From IMG/VR virus record IMGVR_UViG_3300017989_000063: a stretch of 64,000 nucleotides of DNA. One strand, 5' to 3'. The position numbers were made by a program, and so were the translations under genes. This stretch comes from an uncultured virus (IMG/VR IMGVR_UViG_3300017989_000063) (lineage: Duplodnaviria; Heunggongvirae; Uroviricota; Caudoviricetes). The notes under the pieces were generated by a model that saw only the letters and a program-made list of their open reading frames with translations, ran no database searches and was not told the origin of the DNA. Of the stretch, positions 46,988-58,600 are shown piece by piece. Within the stretch, counting starts at the first letter, position 1. Each line of letters begins with the position of its first letter.

Positions 46988-49900
46988 ATGACTGAGGATC
47001 AGCTCCGCGAGTTCATCGAGGAGAGACTGAGGGAGTACGACCCTCTCATCGATCTCACACCGGGCTCGGATGCCCAGTCCGAGATCGTAGAGCCGCTGAT
47101 GCAGCGGGTCGGCCTCGAGTTCCAGAACACCGACTTCCGGCTGTTTGCCCAGGACCGCCTCTTCCAGGACCTCCGCATCTCGACGACCGAGAATGACGGC
47201 ATCGACGATACCCTCATCAAGCCGACGACGCTGCTCCTCGAGCCCGTGAAGCGCGCCATCGCCTCCGTCCGTGGAAGCCAGAGCATCCGCTATCCGGACA
47301 GCCTCAGCGAGGAGGAGGCCGACGCCATCCTGGCCAACTGGTTCTCCGCCAGGCGCCCGGGCGACTACGCGACTGGTATCGGCCGGATGCTCTTCACCAT
47401 CCCCACGGCCCTGTCCGTGACGCCCAGCACCAGGTTCCTCTCGACGACGGGCCTGGTTTTCTACCCGACCGAGACACAGAGCATCACCACCGAGCAGATG
47501 CTGCTCCAGAAGTCCGGAGGGTACTACTACTTCGACGTCGTACTGCAGGCGGAATCACCGGGCGAGGAGTACACCCTCGAGCCCGGGGAGCTCGTCGCAG
47601 TAGAAGGAATCGGCACCACCGTCCAGGTCACCAACCTCCGTCGCTTCTCTGCCGGGCTCGATCGGGAGACCAACGAGGAGTTCACCCAGCGCGCAGAGGA
47701 CAGCCTCACCGAGAGATCGCTGACGAGCTCCCGTGGCAACCGGGCGAGGCTCGGGGAGACCTTCGACGACATCGTGAGCATGGAGCTCGTCGGCTACGGC
47801 GACCCGGAGATGCAGAGAGACATCCTCACAGGAAAGGGTAACGGGGACGTCTTCGCGTCCGGGAAGTGCTTGATGGTCCGGCAGTACATGCTGGCATTTG
47901 ACGGCTACGAAGACCGAGGAGAGGATGGTCAGACTCGGCCGGAGGTGGGCGACGAGGTCATCCTGAACTACTCCGTTCCGTGGCACGTTGGTCAGCCTGG
48001 ACAACCGCCCTCGGCGGTCGATTGGACCAAGAAGCACGAGCGCTTCTACATCACCAAGATCCTCTTCAGCTCGCTGGACTCGGGCTTCACTGGATGGCGC
48101 GGCATTTTCCTCTACGAGCTCGACCACGTTCCGGTCGTCCTCGACCCGCCGGCGATGTCATTCACGCCGTGGCTCTCGAACATCTTCCTGGCGACGTTCG
48201 CCCACTTCAAGGAGGGGACGATCACCATCTCGGGGATGCCTGGTGGGATCAGGAACCCCAACACCGTGGACGGACGACTCCGGGTTCTGGCCAACCAGAT
48301 CCATGTCGGCGGCCACCACGATGTCTACCTGCGCTCGGCGACGTCGGCCGCGGACTCCCTCGTGCTCGACAACCTCACCGACAACCTTCCGCTCGTTTCC
48401 GGTGACCACCTGCGCACCTTCGGCGGAACAGACCTGGCCAACGTGGTCGAGGGGTGGGTCAACGGTGAGGAGGTGAACTGGATCCGTATCGGCGTGCTCC
48501 CGGGCATGACTCTCGTCATCGAGAACGGCCTGGACGCCGGCTCCTACAAGGTGCTCGGAGTTCGCCCCGACTCGCTCATCATCGACACCGAGCTGACCGC
48601 GGTAGCGTCGGGGCTTCGGTACCGGGTCCTCGACGAGGTGAACGTCGACCTCATCAACCCGAGGAACATCAAGTTCCCTAAGGAGGGGACTCCTCCCAAC
48701 GACCTGTCGACCACTGCAGGCTCGGATCAGCTGGTCCTCGGCACCGACCTCTTCGAGCACGGCGTCGAGGTGGGGGACATCATCGAGATCGAGTCTGGCG
48801 CCGATGCAGGCAGCTTCACCATCCAGCGCTTCGACGAGACCCTTGGTGGTCGCGGTCCTGTGGTCGAAAGGGATCTGACGGCCACGTCCTCCAACCTCGG
48901 CTACACCGTCTACAGCAGCCAGGATGGAATCCAGCTTCCGCTCATCCGAGTCAAGTCCATCGAGGTACTCGACTCCTCGCAGCAGCCGTCCGGCACGACG
49001 GTACCCTATGCGCTGCCGGTGATGTGCAAGAACACCTGCTGCTACACCGGCTCCGAGCACCTCTGCGACGGTATGAACGGCTTCGTGATGCCCGACCTGC
49101 AGGCCATCGAGCCCAACCCTGACTACAGCGAGTACGAGGGCTGCTACGAGCAACACCTCCTCGTGTCGGAGATGGTCAGCGGGGTGGAGATCGACCAGAC
49201 GTGGTACGAGCTGGGAAGCATCTGCCCCGAGGTCGATCCCCCTCCGGACTGCATCCCGTCTGCGCTCTGGGACACGGCCAGAAGGCACTGGGCGAAGCTC
49301 TTCGGAGATGAGGGAGCGTGGGAAGCTCTCGGCCTGCCGGAGAACCCCGACGACTGGGTGCTGGACGCTCCGTCGTTCATGTGGGACATCGCTGTCTCCG
49401 GTGGAGCGGTACCTGAGCGGGTGCCGTTCATCGAGGTGCTCTTCCAGATGGCCGGCGGAGCCATTCTCTTCTACTCCAACGACATGGTCCTCGAGAATCC
49501 TGACCTGCTCGGAGAGGACGCTCTGCTGTGGAGCTGGCTGAACAAGGAGCAGGACTTCCTGTACGGCGAGCCCTACGAGGCCCTCGGACCGTTCCGCGTG
49601 AGGCGCTGGTACAGCGAAGGCTGTCGGGAGTGCGACGGGCACATCATCTGCATCTGCCTCGACTACAACACGCAGTTCGAGATCTGTCTGCCCTCCGCGC
49701 TCTTCGACGGATGCAACAACGTCTTCGTCGGCCTGCCGGACATCAACATCGGAGAGCTGCTCGACCACCTCGAGGAGGTCGTGTACCAGCACCGCCTGAC
49801 CTCGCAGCACCAGGAGACGTTCGACGAGTACGACTACGATTACGGAGAGATCGAGGGCAGCTACGATCCCGGCAGCTACGACGAGACTCCCATTCAGCTC

Positions 49901-52885
49901 CAGGAGGTCATCCGTGACCTAATCAAGCCCCCATGCCTCTGCGAGTCGGAACCCGGGGACATCCTCACGCTCAACTCCGGTCCGAACTCGGGGAACTACG
50001 TCATCAGCGAGATCCACACCATCTCGCTCGATGGCTCTCTCGTGCTCGAGGAGGGAGACGACGAGCGTCTGCAGCAGATCCTGAACAACGACAACGTCTT
50101 CTACGACGCCATCCGAGGCATCTCCTATCACACGTTCCCCATCGACATCTGTCTGGCCAAGATCGAGGGGCAGTTCCCCTCTCCTGTGGGTGACTGGCTC
50201 AACAACCTCTACTCCGAGCCCGTGACGATGCAGGACTTGGTGGGCGACTACTACAGCTACCTGCTGGCGTTCCTGTCGAACATCCTGGGTCTGGCCTACG
50301 ACCCGGAGAACCCAGGGAACTCCGCGCTCGGGCAGTGGTGGGACGCCTACCGCGAGGTCGACCTCCGTGAGGTCACCATCAACATCCTCCGAGAGTTCGG
50401 CGTCGACATGGGGTCGGTCAACGACCTCCGCATCCCACTGAAGTGGGGCTGTGACCACGAGGGGCTTCTCGAGAAGCTCTTCCCGACCCAGCACTTCGAC
50501 ACCTGGGAGGAGTGGTTCGACGAGATCGAGAAGTCCTACCACATCGACAAGGAGACGATCGCTCTGCTCGTGGTGATGTTGCGTAGGATGAACGCATTCG
50601 GCGTCGCCGGTCTGTGGGACTTCGTGTCCGAGAACGCCGGCGAGTTCGAGTTCGACCTGGAGGCGTGGAGCAACCGCTGGGAGGGCCTCGGCTTCGACGC
50701 GGACGCCCTCATCTACGGAGGGGGCCTGCAGTTCTCTCCTCTCGTCGATCTCTTCAACATGATCGTCCAGGTTGTCTTGAGCGGCTTCATCGAGCCAGGT
50801 AGCAGCCTCGCCATCGTCTTCTACATCCTCCTCGCGATCTTCGGGAACTTCCTCTACGCGATGCTGTACATCCCGTTCGCTACCATCTGGAGCATCGCGG
50901 TCGAAGGCAACCCAGATCTGATGCCGGAGAAGATGGTCATCAACCTGGAGAGCGTGTGGCAGTTCATCAGGGAGCTGCTGTTCACCCCCTACTCGGTTGG
51001 GAAGCCCATCTGCGACAACCACATTCGGGCCTACTTCATGGAGCCCACGACCGTGGAGTTCGACGCAGGTCTGGGCGCCTGCGACTCGGCCGTGCCGCTC
51101 GTGCCCTCGATGTTCGCCACCAGGATCGGCGAGACGGAGATGCTCTTCTCGGCCTCTTCGGACGTCGCTCCCTACGACATCATGCCCTACAACGAGGGCA
51201 GCGTGGTTGCGGACCTGGACCTCCCGCGAGACATCGCAGTCCTCGACCCCGCAGTCCCCTCGCACCGAGACAAGATGGTGTTCACCGACCCGTCTCTCGG
51301 GGCTCCCATCTCCAACGGTATTGAGCCAGGTCGAGACGAGCTCGAGCTCTTCGAGCAGCGCTTCATCCTCCCGGCCCCGGAGCCGAGTAAGGTGAGTGGC
51401 ATCGTCATCGCCAACAAGGAGATGGTGCCCGGGCTGATCACCACCGAGGGCTCTCCCTACGTGGAGATCCCCGACACCGCGGTGTACGGCTGGTCTTCCA
51501 ACCACGTAGGAGACATGATCTTCATCGAGCGCGGGGACGACGAGGGAGGGTACCGGATCATCCGGATGGTCAACGGGAAGAAGGTCGAGCTCGACCGGCC
51601 TCTCACCTACTCCACGATGGGCATCCTCAAGGAGGGATACCGGGCGACGTTCAACTTCCAGGTCGACGGCACGTTCGAGGACCCGGATGCCGAGTTCGAG
51701 GACTCGGACGAGGGCCGCTACATCACCATCTACGGATGCCCGCTGACGACCCACAACGGCTCCTACCGTATCAAGCAGCGGTTGAGCCTCACCTCGGTGG
51801 AACTCGACGTCTCCGGCGCCACCTACTTCACAGGAGAGGTACAGGCCATCGGTCAGTGGGTGATGACCAACGCTCCGGACGATACCCCCGAGATCTACTC
51901 CGACAACAGCGGTCGCGAGCAGGTGGGCGTCGTGCCTTTCCGCCAGTACTTCGGTGAGCCCACCATCTTCCAGGTCGTAGGCATCAGCACGTCGCTCTCG
52001 TCCGACGGCTACATCCGCGTCGACGCCCCTGGACTGATGAAGGGGATGCAGCGCTACCCACAGGACGGCTACATGCAGCCGTTCAGGATCGTGCGCCCAG
52101 GCGTCCAGCGATTCACCTCGACCCAGATGGCTGACAACATCGAGGACGGTCTCTACTTCGTCGATGTGAAGGTTCGCTCGCTCGGCGCCGGCGACCAGTA
52201 CAACCTGCCGGAGGGCACCAGGTTCTGGGCCGTCTTCGGTAGCTACAAGAGCGATGGCTACCGCTACGTCGTGGAGGACACCGTCTACTCCTACTCCCCG
52301 GAGGAGCGTGTCGGGCTCATCTTCAGTCCCCGGATCCTACCTGTGGGATCTCCGGACAAACCGGAGTCCATGATCCAGCTCGTCGGACAGAACATCCAGG
52401 TGAACTACGAACACAGCCCGACCGTGCTCAACGTCCACCAGTTCATCAACAGCCGTGAGGACCGGCCGCTGGACGCCAACCCGATGGCCCGTCACTACCT
52501 TCCAGCTTGGGTCTACGTGTTCATGTACTACCAGGGTGGGGGAGAGCCCCCGGACCTGGCCGACGAGATCATCGAGTACATCAAGACCCTCGGGCCGCTC
52601 GACGCGCTCCAGGTGGACAATGTGGAGAAGTTCGTCAAGAACTCCGGGGCCACCTACATCCAGCACCCCATCGTCCTGCGCGCCGCGATCCTCGACATGC
52701 GCAGGAACTGGATCGTCATCGAGTCGGACAACTTCCTTCGTAGCACGGCAGAGGACCCCGAGTTCCTGGGCACCGACCGGCTCACCTACTTCAACCCGGG
52801 CGACAACACGAGCCGACTGACGGAGATTCCTCCGGGGCCGCAGGTTCGCCTCGAGCGTGTGCTGGTGGGTCCGCTACTGCGCTAG
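46988..52885 (+). CDS. Giant baseplate J-like wedge protein (1965 aa)
   Basis: N-terminal IDLTPGS..RRPGDYATG..AESPGEEY..VTN..FSAGLDRETNEEF, a gpJ-type signature. Confidence 0.7.
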   Translation: MTEDQLREFIEERLREYDPLIDLTPGSDAQSEIVEPLMQRVGLEFQNTDFRLFAQDRLFQDLRISTTENDGIDDTLIKPTTLLLEPVKRAIASVRGSQSIRYPDSLSEEEADAILANWFSARRPGDYATGIGRMLFTIPTALSVTPSTRFLSTTGLVFYPTETQSITTEQMLLQKSGGYYYFDVVLQAESPGEEYTLEPGELVAVEGIGTTVQVTNLRRFSAGLDRETNEEFTQRAEDSLTERSLTSSRGNRARLGETFDDIVSMELVGYGDPEMQRDILTGKGNGDVFASGKCLMVRQYMLAFDGYEDRGEDGQTRPEVGDEVILNYSVPWHVGQPGQPPSAVDWTKKHERFYITKILFSSLDSGFTGWRGIFLYELDHVPVVLDPPAMSFTPWLSNIFLATFAHFKEGTITISGMPGGIRNPNTVDGRLRVLANQIHVGGHHDVYLRSATSAADSLVLDNLTDNLPLVSGDHLRTFGGTDLANVVEGWVNGEEVNWIRIGVLPGMTLVIENGLDAGSYKVLGVRPDSLIIDTELTAVASGLRYRVLDEVNVDLINPRNIKFPKEGTPPNDLSTTAGSDQLVLGTDLFEHGVEVGDIIEIESGADAGSFTIQRFDETLGGRGPVVERDLTATSSNLGYTVYSSQDGIQLPLIRVKSIEVLDSSQQPSGTTVPYALPVMCKNTCCYTGSEHLCDGMNGFVMPDLQAIEPNPDYSEYEGCYEQHLLVSEMVSGVEIDQTWYELGSICPEVDPPPDCIPSALWDTARRHWAKLFGDEGAWEALGLPENPDDWVLDAPSFMWDIAVSGGAVPERVPFIEVLFQMAGGAILFYSNDMVLENPDLLGEDALLWSWLNKEQDFLYGEPYEALGPFRVRRWYSEGCRECDGHIICICLDYNTQFEICLPSALFDGCNNVFVGLPDINIGELLDHLEEVVYQHRLTSQHQETFDEYDYDYGEIEGSYDPGSYDETPIQLQEVIRDLIKPPCLCESEPGDILTLNSGPNSGNYVISEIHTISLDGSLVLEEGDDERLQQILNNDNVFYDAIRGISYHTFPIDICLAKIEGQFPSPVGDWLNNLYSEPVTMQDLVGDYYSYLLAFLSNILGLAYDPENPGNSALGQWWDAYREVDLREVTINILREFGVDMGSVNDLRIPLKWGCDHEGLLEKLFPTQHFDTWEEWFDEIEKSYHIDKETIALLVVMLRRMNAFGVAGLWDFVSENAGEFEFDLEAWSNRWEGLGFDADALIYGGGLQFSPLVDLFNMIVQVVLSGFIEPGSSLAIVFYILLAIFGNFLYAMLYIPFATIWSIAVEGNPDLMPEKMVINLESVWQFIRELLFTPYSVGKPICDNHIRAYFMEPTTVEFDAGLGACDSAVPLVPSMFATRIGETEMLFSASSDVAPYDIMPYNEGSVVADLDLPRDIAVLDPAVPSHRDKMVFTDPSLGAPISNGIEPGRDELELFEQRFILPAPEPSKVSGIVIANKEMVPGLITTEGSPYVEIPDTAVYGWSSNHVGDMIFIERGDDEGGYRIIRMVNGKKVELDRPLTYSTMGILKEGYRATFNFQVDGTFEDPDAEFEDSDEGRYITIYGCPLTTHNGSYRIKQRLSLTSVELDVSGATYFTGEVQAIGQWVMTNAPDDTPEIYSDNSGREQVGVVPFRQYFGEPTIFQVVGISTSLSSDGYIRVDAPGLMKGMQRYPQDGYMQPFRIVRPGVQRFTSTQMADNIEDGLYFVDVKVRSLGAGDQYNLPEGTRFWAVFGSYKSDGYRYVVEDTVYSYSPEERVGLIFSPRILPVGSPDKPESMIQLVGQNIQVNYEHSPTVLNVHQFINSREDRPLDANPMARHYLPAWVYVFMYYQGGGEPPDLADEIIEYIKTLGPLDALQVDNVEKFVKNSGATYIQHPIVLRAAILDMRRNWIVIESDNFLRSTAEDPEFLGTDRLTYFNPGDNTSRLTEIPPGPQVRLERVLVGPLLR

Positions 52886-53193
52886 TCGTTCTTCACGAAC
52901 AAGTCGACCACGGTGGGTATCGGTCTGTAGGACTCGCCGACCTCGACCCGGATCTCGGTGTCCGGGTCGAAGAGGCACTTGCACTGGGTGCAGTGGAGCA
53001 AGCATTTCGGGGTGAGCCGGCCGGGGATGAACGGCTGCTTCTCATCCAGCACGGTGTAGCAGGGGGCTCCGCACTCGGGACAGACCTTCGAGGCGTAGTA
53101 GGCCTCGTCCTCGGCTACCTTCTCGGCCAGGACGCTCTTGTGTCCCTCGAGCAGCCGCCTGATCTCGTCCGGGTCTGCTGGCTGGAACTCCAT
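52882..53193 (-). CDS. Zinc-ribbon protein
   Basis: CPECG..CTQC; divergent from the 53270 gene. Confidence 0.7.
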   Translation of the reverse strand: MEFQPADPDEIRRLLEGHKSVLAEKVAEDEAYYASKVCPECGAPCYTVLDEKQPFIPGRLTPKCLLHCTQCKCLFDPDTEIRVEVGESYRPIPTVVDLFVKND

Positions 53194-53269
53194 GAGGCTC
53201 TCGTTTCTTGACCGATGCTGCCTGCTTTTATACTATGTGACAGCAATCCAGGGCAAGTTCGGAGGAACG

Positions 53270-55642
53270 ATGACCCTCCACATCGTGAATCGGCTGCCGC
53301 ACCCCGATCAGGAGGATGTGCAGCTGGCGCGACCCATCAGGTTCGGACTGCGGGAAGACACGAGCTACGTCGCGCTCTCCTCCGTACAGGCCAACGCCGC
53401 CTACGGGCGCGCCGTGTGGCTCGATGACGAGGACCTGCCGGAGGACCTCTTCGACCCCGGGCTCCTGCCGGTCAGGGTGGAGTACCTGGGCTTCGACGAC
53501 ACCATCGGGGACCCCACGCACCTCAACCCGCCACTCGTCCCGGCCGTCCAGGGTGCCTCCCCTGCGAGGTACATCGAGTTCTTGCGGCCGGTGGATGGAG
53601 GGCACGACCGGGACTCGTTCTACTACACGAGCTACGAGCTCCTACCGGGCCGGCTGGCGATGGTCGACTTCCGGGTGGATCTCCCGGTCTTCCACACGCC
53701 CAACACGGCGCCCGTCGCACCTGTCCCATACCTCCCTACCGAGATGGACTTCACCGGCTTCGTGGCCGGGACGGTGTACGGCCCCACGAGACAGGCCCTC
53801 TTCGTATTCTTCTTGCACGACGGGATCCAGGGCCTTATCCGGATCGCCGGTCCGGCCATCGGCGGTGTGCGATCACCGGACGTGACGCTGGCCACGGTAC
53901 CCTGGGTACCTGGCACACCCTACTCACTGAAGTTCGTCTGGAGTCCTGATCGGGGCCAGGTCCAAGTCCTCGCCGACAACACCGGGGACTGGACTGACGC
54001 GCAGGACGAGCTCCTGGCCGAGATCAACATGGAGGACATCAACGAGCTGCTGCCCGGCATCGTCTTCGGCCGTCAGAGATACTACGAGGGCGTCGAGAGC
54101 TGCACCGCGGTGGTAGGGCTGGACGGCTACCTACAGAATGATGAGGCCAAGGTCTACCTCTTCGGGCCCCAGTCCGCTGGCGCCGACCTCATCAAGGACG
54201 GCTCGCCTACGGGTGGGGTCAGTGTCTACTCGACCGGGGACAGCGCGCTGCTGCTGGACGTGGGCAACCTGCCAGACGAGCAGGACTCTCCATGGTTCCG
54301 ACCCGACCCAGGCATCTACCCCCCGTTCCCGGACTCCTACACGTTCGGGACGACCGAGGTGGATGAAGATGCCCTCAAGCTGAGCAAGGAGGGGGAGGTC
54401 TTCAACAACTACTTTCGGCACGAGCCATCTCTGGCCAGCCTGCTGGATGCCTACGGGATGGTCGAGCTTCAGGCGAAGATCGACACCACCTCCAGGTACG
54501 CCGTAGGCGCCGATGGTGTGGGAGCGCGTCTCGACTTCCTGGATGCGTCCCTGCAGCTCGGGGTGCTGGCCGACGCGAACGTGGGTCTCTTCGCTGGAGG
54601 CAACCCGGCCAACAGCTTGGACTACCACGTCGACACGGCGAACCCGGTGGACCTCGAGGACTACCATCTGCTGCGTCTGCTGATGAACAAGGACCGCCAC
54701 CTCGTAGAGCTCTACATCGACAACGAGGATACCCCGAGGGTGTCGGTACCGCAGCTCCTCGCCAACTTCGCCACCCCGGTTCTCGGGTGGCCTCCTGTGG
54801 TGATGTTCGGGTTCAGTCACGACTTCGACGTCACGAGCGACTTCTACGTGCAGCACCTTCAGTACTCCCTGCACATGGAGGCCTACGAAGCCATCGACGG
54901 TCTTCTGGCGACTGCAGCGCCGACACCGTGGCTGACACACCAGCACCCAGGGACGGCCACGGTGTCGATCACGGCCGATAACCGACTCCTCATCGACGAC
55001 CCGACCTACTCGCTGGCAGCCTCCGGATACTTCGCTCACCACCGGCCGTTCCCGGCCGCGGCCATCATCCCCTACTGGGGGGCCGACTTCAGGATGCGCA
55101 TCACCGAGTGGAGGACACCGGAGGGCAAGGTGAACTCGGCCAGCTCGTGGGGAGGGGCCGGCATCGCTCTCTTCGATGGTACCAGATGGCTCTACCTGAC
55201 GTTCGTGAGTAGCCGGGGAGAGAAGTTCCTCGTGGTCCCAGGTGAGGACATCGACGGAGACATCGAGGATGCCGTGGCCCAGAACTCTGCCGGTCGGGCC
55301 ATCTCGGCCGCTGTGGACTGGTCGATGGAGCACGACTACCGAGTGGCCAAGGAGGGGACCAAGGTCCTCGTGTACGTCGACGACATGGTGACCCCTGTGC
55401 TCGAGCTCGACTCGCCACAGCTCCCGCTTACCTCCCTCTTCGGGTGGGCTGGGGTCGCCTCGTCGTTCTTCGGCTCGATCGCTCCTGCTGTGGCCTCCAA
55501 GTCCGAGTGGCGCTACTTCCGAGTCTTCTCTTCCCGTGGCTACGACTTCGCCCTCGACCAGGGTGACGTCTACACCGAGGAGTTGAAGGACGCCATCTAC
55601 GATGGGTTCGGCAACGTCACCCTCGAGGCGGAGAGCGTCTGA
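53270..55642 (+). CDS. Virion protein with concanavalin/LamG-like beta-sandwich repeats
   Basis: Repeated H.YRL....VELYID / HDYRV..VLVYVD motifs; GGAGG RBS. Confidence 0.6.
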   Translation: MTLHIVNRLPHPDQEDVQLARPIRFGLREDTSYVALSSVQANAAYGRAVWLDDEDLPEDLFDPGLLPVRVEYLGFDDTIGDPTHLNPPLVPAVQGASPARYIEFLRPVDGGHDRDSFYYTSYELLPGRLAMVDFRVDLPVFHTPNTAPVAPVPYLPTEMDFTGFVAGTVYGPTRQALFVFFLHDGIQGLIRIAGPAIGGVRSPDVTLATVPWVPGTPYSLKFVWSPDRGQVQVLADNTGDWTDAQDELLAEINMEDINELLPGIVFGRQRYYEGVESCTAVVGLDGYLQNDEAKVYLFGPQSAGADLIKDGSPTGGVSVYSTGDSALLLDVGNLPDEQDSPWFRPDPGIYPPFPDSYTFGTTEVDEDALKLSKEGEVFNNYFRHEPSLASLLDAYGMVELQAKIDTTSRYAVGADGVGARLDFLDASLQLGVLADANVGLFAGGNPANSLDYHVDTANPVDLEDYHLLRLLMNKDRHLVELYIDNEDTPRVSVPQLLANFATPVLGWPPVVMFGFSHDFDVTSDFYVQHLQYSLHMEAYEAIDGLLATAAPTPWLTHQHPGTATVSITADNRLLIDDPTYSLAASGYFAHHRPFPAAAIIPYWGADFRMRITEWRTPEGKVNSASSWGGAGIALFDGTRWLYLTFVSSRGEKFLVVPGEDIDGDIEDAVAQNSAGRAISAAVDWSMEHDYRVAKEGTKVLVYVDDMVTPVLELDSPQLPLTSLFGWAGVASSFFGSIAPAVASKSEWRYFRVFSSRGYDFALDQGDVYTEELKDAIYDGFGNVTLEAESV

Positions 55643-58600
55643 TGCCCCCGAGGTACAACTTCTACGGGTACCGCGTCGCTCCCAGGAACGAGAAGCCTGT
55701 CGCCCTCATCTCCCCCGAGGACGAGCAGACCAACTCGCTCGGCTCGATCATCAAGCTCGACGGACGCAGGAGCTACGATCCAGAGGGGGCGACCATCACC
55801 TATCGCTGGTCGCTCACCAAGATCCCTCTGGGGAGCAAGGTGACCGACTCCGATCTCATCTACCTCGAGGACGACTTCTCGGTCGTCACGTTCCTCCCGG
55901 ACCGCATCGGAGCCTACGAGCTGCAGCTCATCGTCAACGACGGTGTGCAGGACAGCGACCCGGCCCTGTCCGTGGTCAACATCCAGCTCAGCTTGGTTCC
56001 GCTGTGCAACCCGACGGCTCCCGACGCGAGCTGGATTTGGGGCACGCTGTCCGACTTCTGGTCGTTCGTGGCAGACCGGGAGTGGGTGGAGGATGTCTGG
56101 TCCGCACTCATCCAGATCGTCGGATCGGAGGTCCTGCGCCTCTATCAGCTCGACTACAACAAGTCCATCCGAGACATCCAGGACTACGTGCGCCGGCGGT
56201 GGCTGCCCTATTCTGCGCGATGGGACTTCGAGGACGACGAGTACCCCTACCTAGTCATCGGGAATCAGGACTACGGGGTCGATGCTGCCACCGGCTCTCT
56301 CGGCCTCATTGGCACTGGCGCGCTCATCGGCAACCGTGAGATCTTGATGGTCGAGGGCGCCGCTAGTCCCAAGTACGTGGGCTCCAACGTCGACATCATG
56401 AGCAGCGCGAGCTCTCCTGGCAACGTGGGGACCTACGAGATCACCGGCATCGGCCCTTCGAGCCAGACCTACGTTCTGTCGGCCCTCACCCCCCTACCTT
56501 CCATCGCCGACGAGGTGCTCCTCGAGGCGTTCAATGCCGCGACGACGGCTGGTTCTACGGAGGTGTCGATCCCGGGGGCGGCTCTTCTGTCCCTGTCCCC
56601 CACACCGGAACCAGGAGACGTCCTCAAGGTCTTCTCCGGGGCCGATGCCGGCTACTACCGCATCGACACGCTCACCGACGACGCCGTCTTCCTCACCCAG
56701 AGGATGAAGGCGACCGCCGCGGCGTTGCACATCCAGATCCTGAACTCTGTGGACCTCGAGATCGGCGCCGTCAACGAGGGGGACTTCACCGACACCATCA
56801 GCGTGCCCCTGGCCACCGACCCGGACGACATCACCGACCTCGGACTGGCTGACTTCACAACACTCAACACCTCGGAGATCTCCGGAATCGCAACCATCAT
56901 CGGAGCCAGGGAGGTGTTGGTACCAGATCACCTCGTCTTCGACGATGCTCCTGGACGCACTCTGGTCGTCAGGTCTGGGACGAATCGAGGTGAGTACACC
57001 ATCTCGGGCATCAACGCGACACGGACCGGCTACCTGTGCACGTCGGCCAACTTCACGGGGGAGTTCCCGCAGACGGCCGTCAGCATCACCATCCGCGGAG
57101 TCCGAGCTTCTGCCGGCCGGATTATCGTCATCGGCAACAGGGCCTATACTATCTCCCGTGTGTACAACGAGACGGCCCGGATGGAGCCACGGACCGTAGC
57201 AGTCATCAGCCAGAAGTCCCTCGCCCCGAGTCTTCAGGGAAGGGCGTGGAGGATCCCGGCCACTCTGGTCACGCAATCCAACCTCGAGGACCTCGGTGTT
57301 CGCGCCGGCGACCAGCTGATGCTCGAGATCACCAGGAGCGATACCCAGAAGACTGCCGAATATCCAGTGGCAGTCCTTGGGGTGGACGAGAACAGGCTCG
57401 GCTTCGAGATGAGCGTGGGCCCGTTCTCCGCATCCGAGCCAGGGTCTCCTACCGAAGAGGAGATCCTCAGCCTCGTAAGCCAGCTCGGGCTCGAAGGGGC
57501 CAACAAGAACCTCATCACCAACCAGTGGGAGTACTCCGACGAGGTTGCCGAGGTCGCGGGTACCATCCAGAGCGAGGGATTCGCCAACAAGTTCTTCAAC
57601 GTCCCGATCTCGGAGACGACCATCGTCGATCTGGGCCTCTTCACCGTCTCGATCAAGCCCACATACATCATCCGCAACTCGCTCATCCCAGTTGACACCG
57701 AAGTGGCGTCCATTCCCTGCCTCTGCGAGTTCATTCAGGACCCAGAGCTGACGGACGACCAGGTTCCCAGCCAGGTGTTGATGAATGGGGAGGTGGAGGA
57801 GCTGGGATTCTTCCCGGTCTGCTTGCGCGAGAACGCCGACTACGTTCTCGAGTCGGACTCGGAGATCTACGGCTCGGACGCGACCATCGTGGCGGGCAGC
57901 TCGTCGATTTATCTGCCCAGATCCGACCTATTTGGGCGACGTGTCGAGGTCGGCGACACTATTATCGTCACCGACAGTGTTGCGGCAGGCGATTACAGCA
58001 TCGTCGAGGTGGTGGATGAAGAGAATGCCATCATCTACCCGACGCCGATCGCTTCCGATGACGACGCCAGATACGTGATCGTGCGTCGAGTGCCCGGCAG
58101 GTTCCTGCGATTCTACGGATACTACACGCCCAGGATGCCCGCTCCGGACCGTCTGTGGGCCGAGAACACGTTCTTCGACAACGGACAGGCCATCGAGGAC
58201 AACTTCGGCTACATGGTCGGTCTCAGCAGGCAGGATCTGCTCGACATCGGGTCCGAACTCTCCTACAAGTCCGCCGTCTCGGGCCTGATGTACTCGTGGG
58301 CTCACGGTCCCACGCTCAAGAACGTCGAGCTGGGCGCGCAGATCCTCCTTGGCTTCCCCTACGCCGACACGGACGGCTACATCACCGAGATCCGAAACGA
58401 CTACCAGACCGACGAAGATGGATTCCCCATCCTCGGGCGAATGCTCTTCGACGAAGTGCGAGATGGAGAGCGTACCGGCATCATCAGGGCGTTCTTCTAC
58501 CCCCCGCACGTCACCGAGACGGACCCCGACACCGGGCAGCTCATCGACATCACGGATCCGTTGACCACCGGGCTCGCCGACAATCCGGATACCGGCCAGA

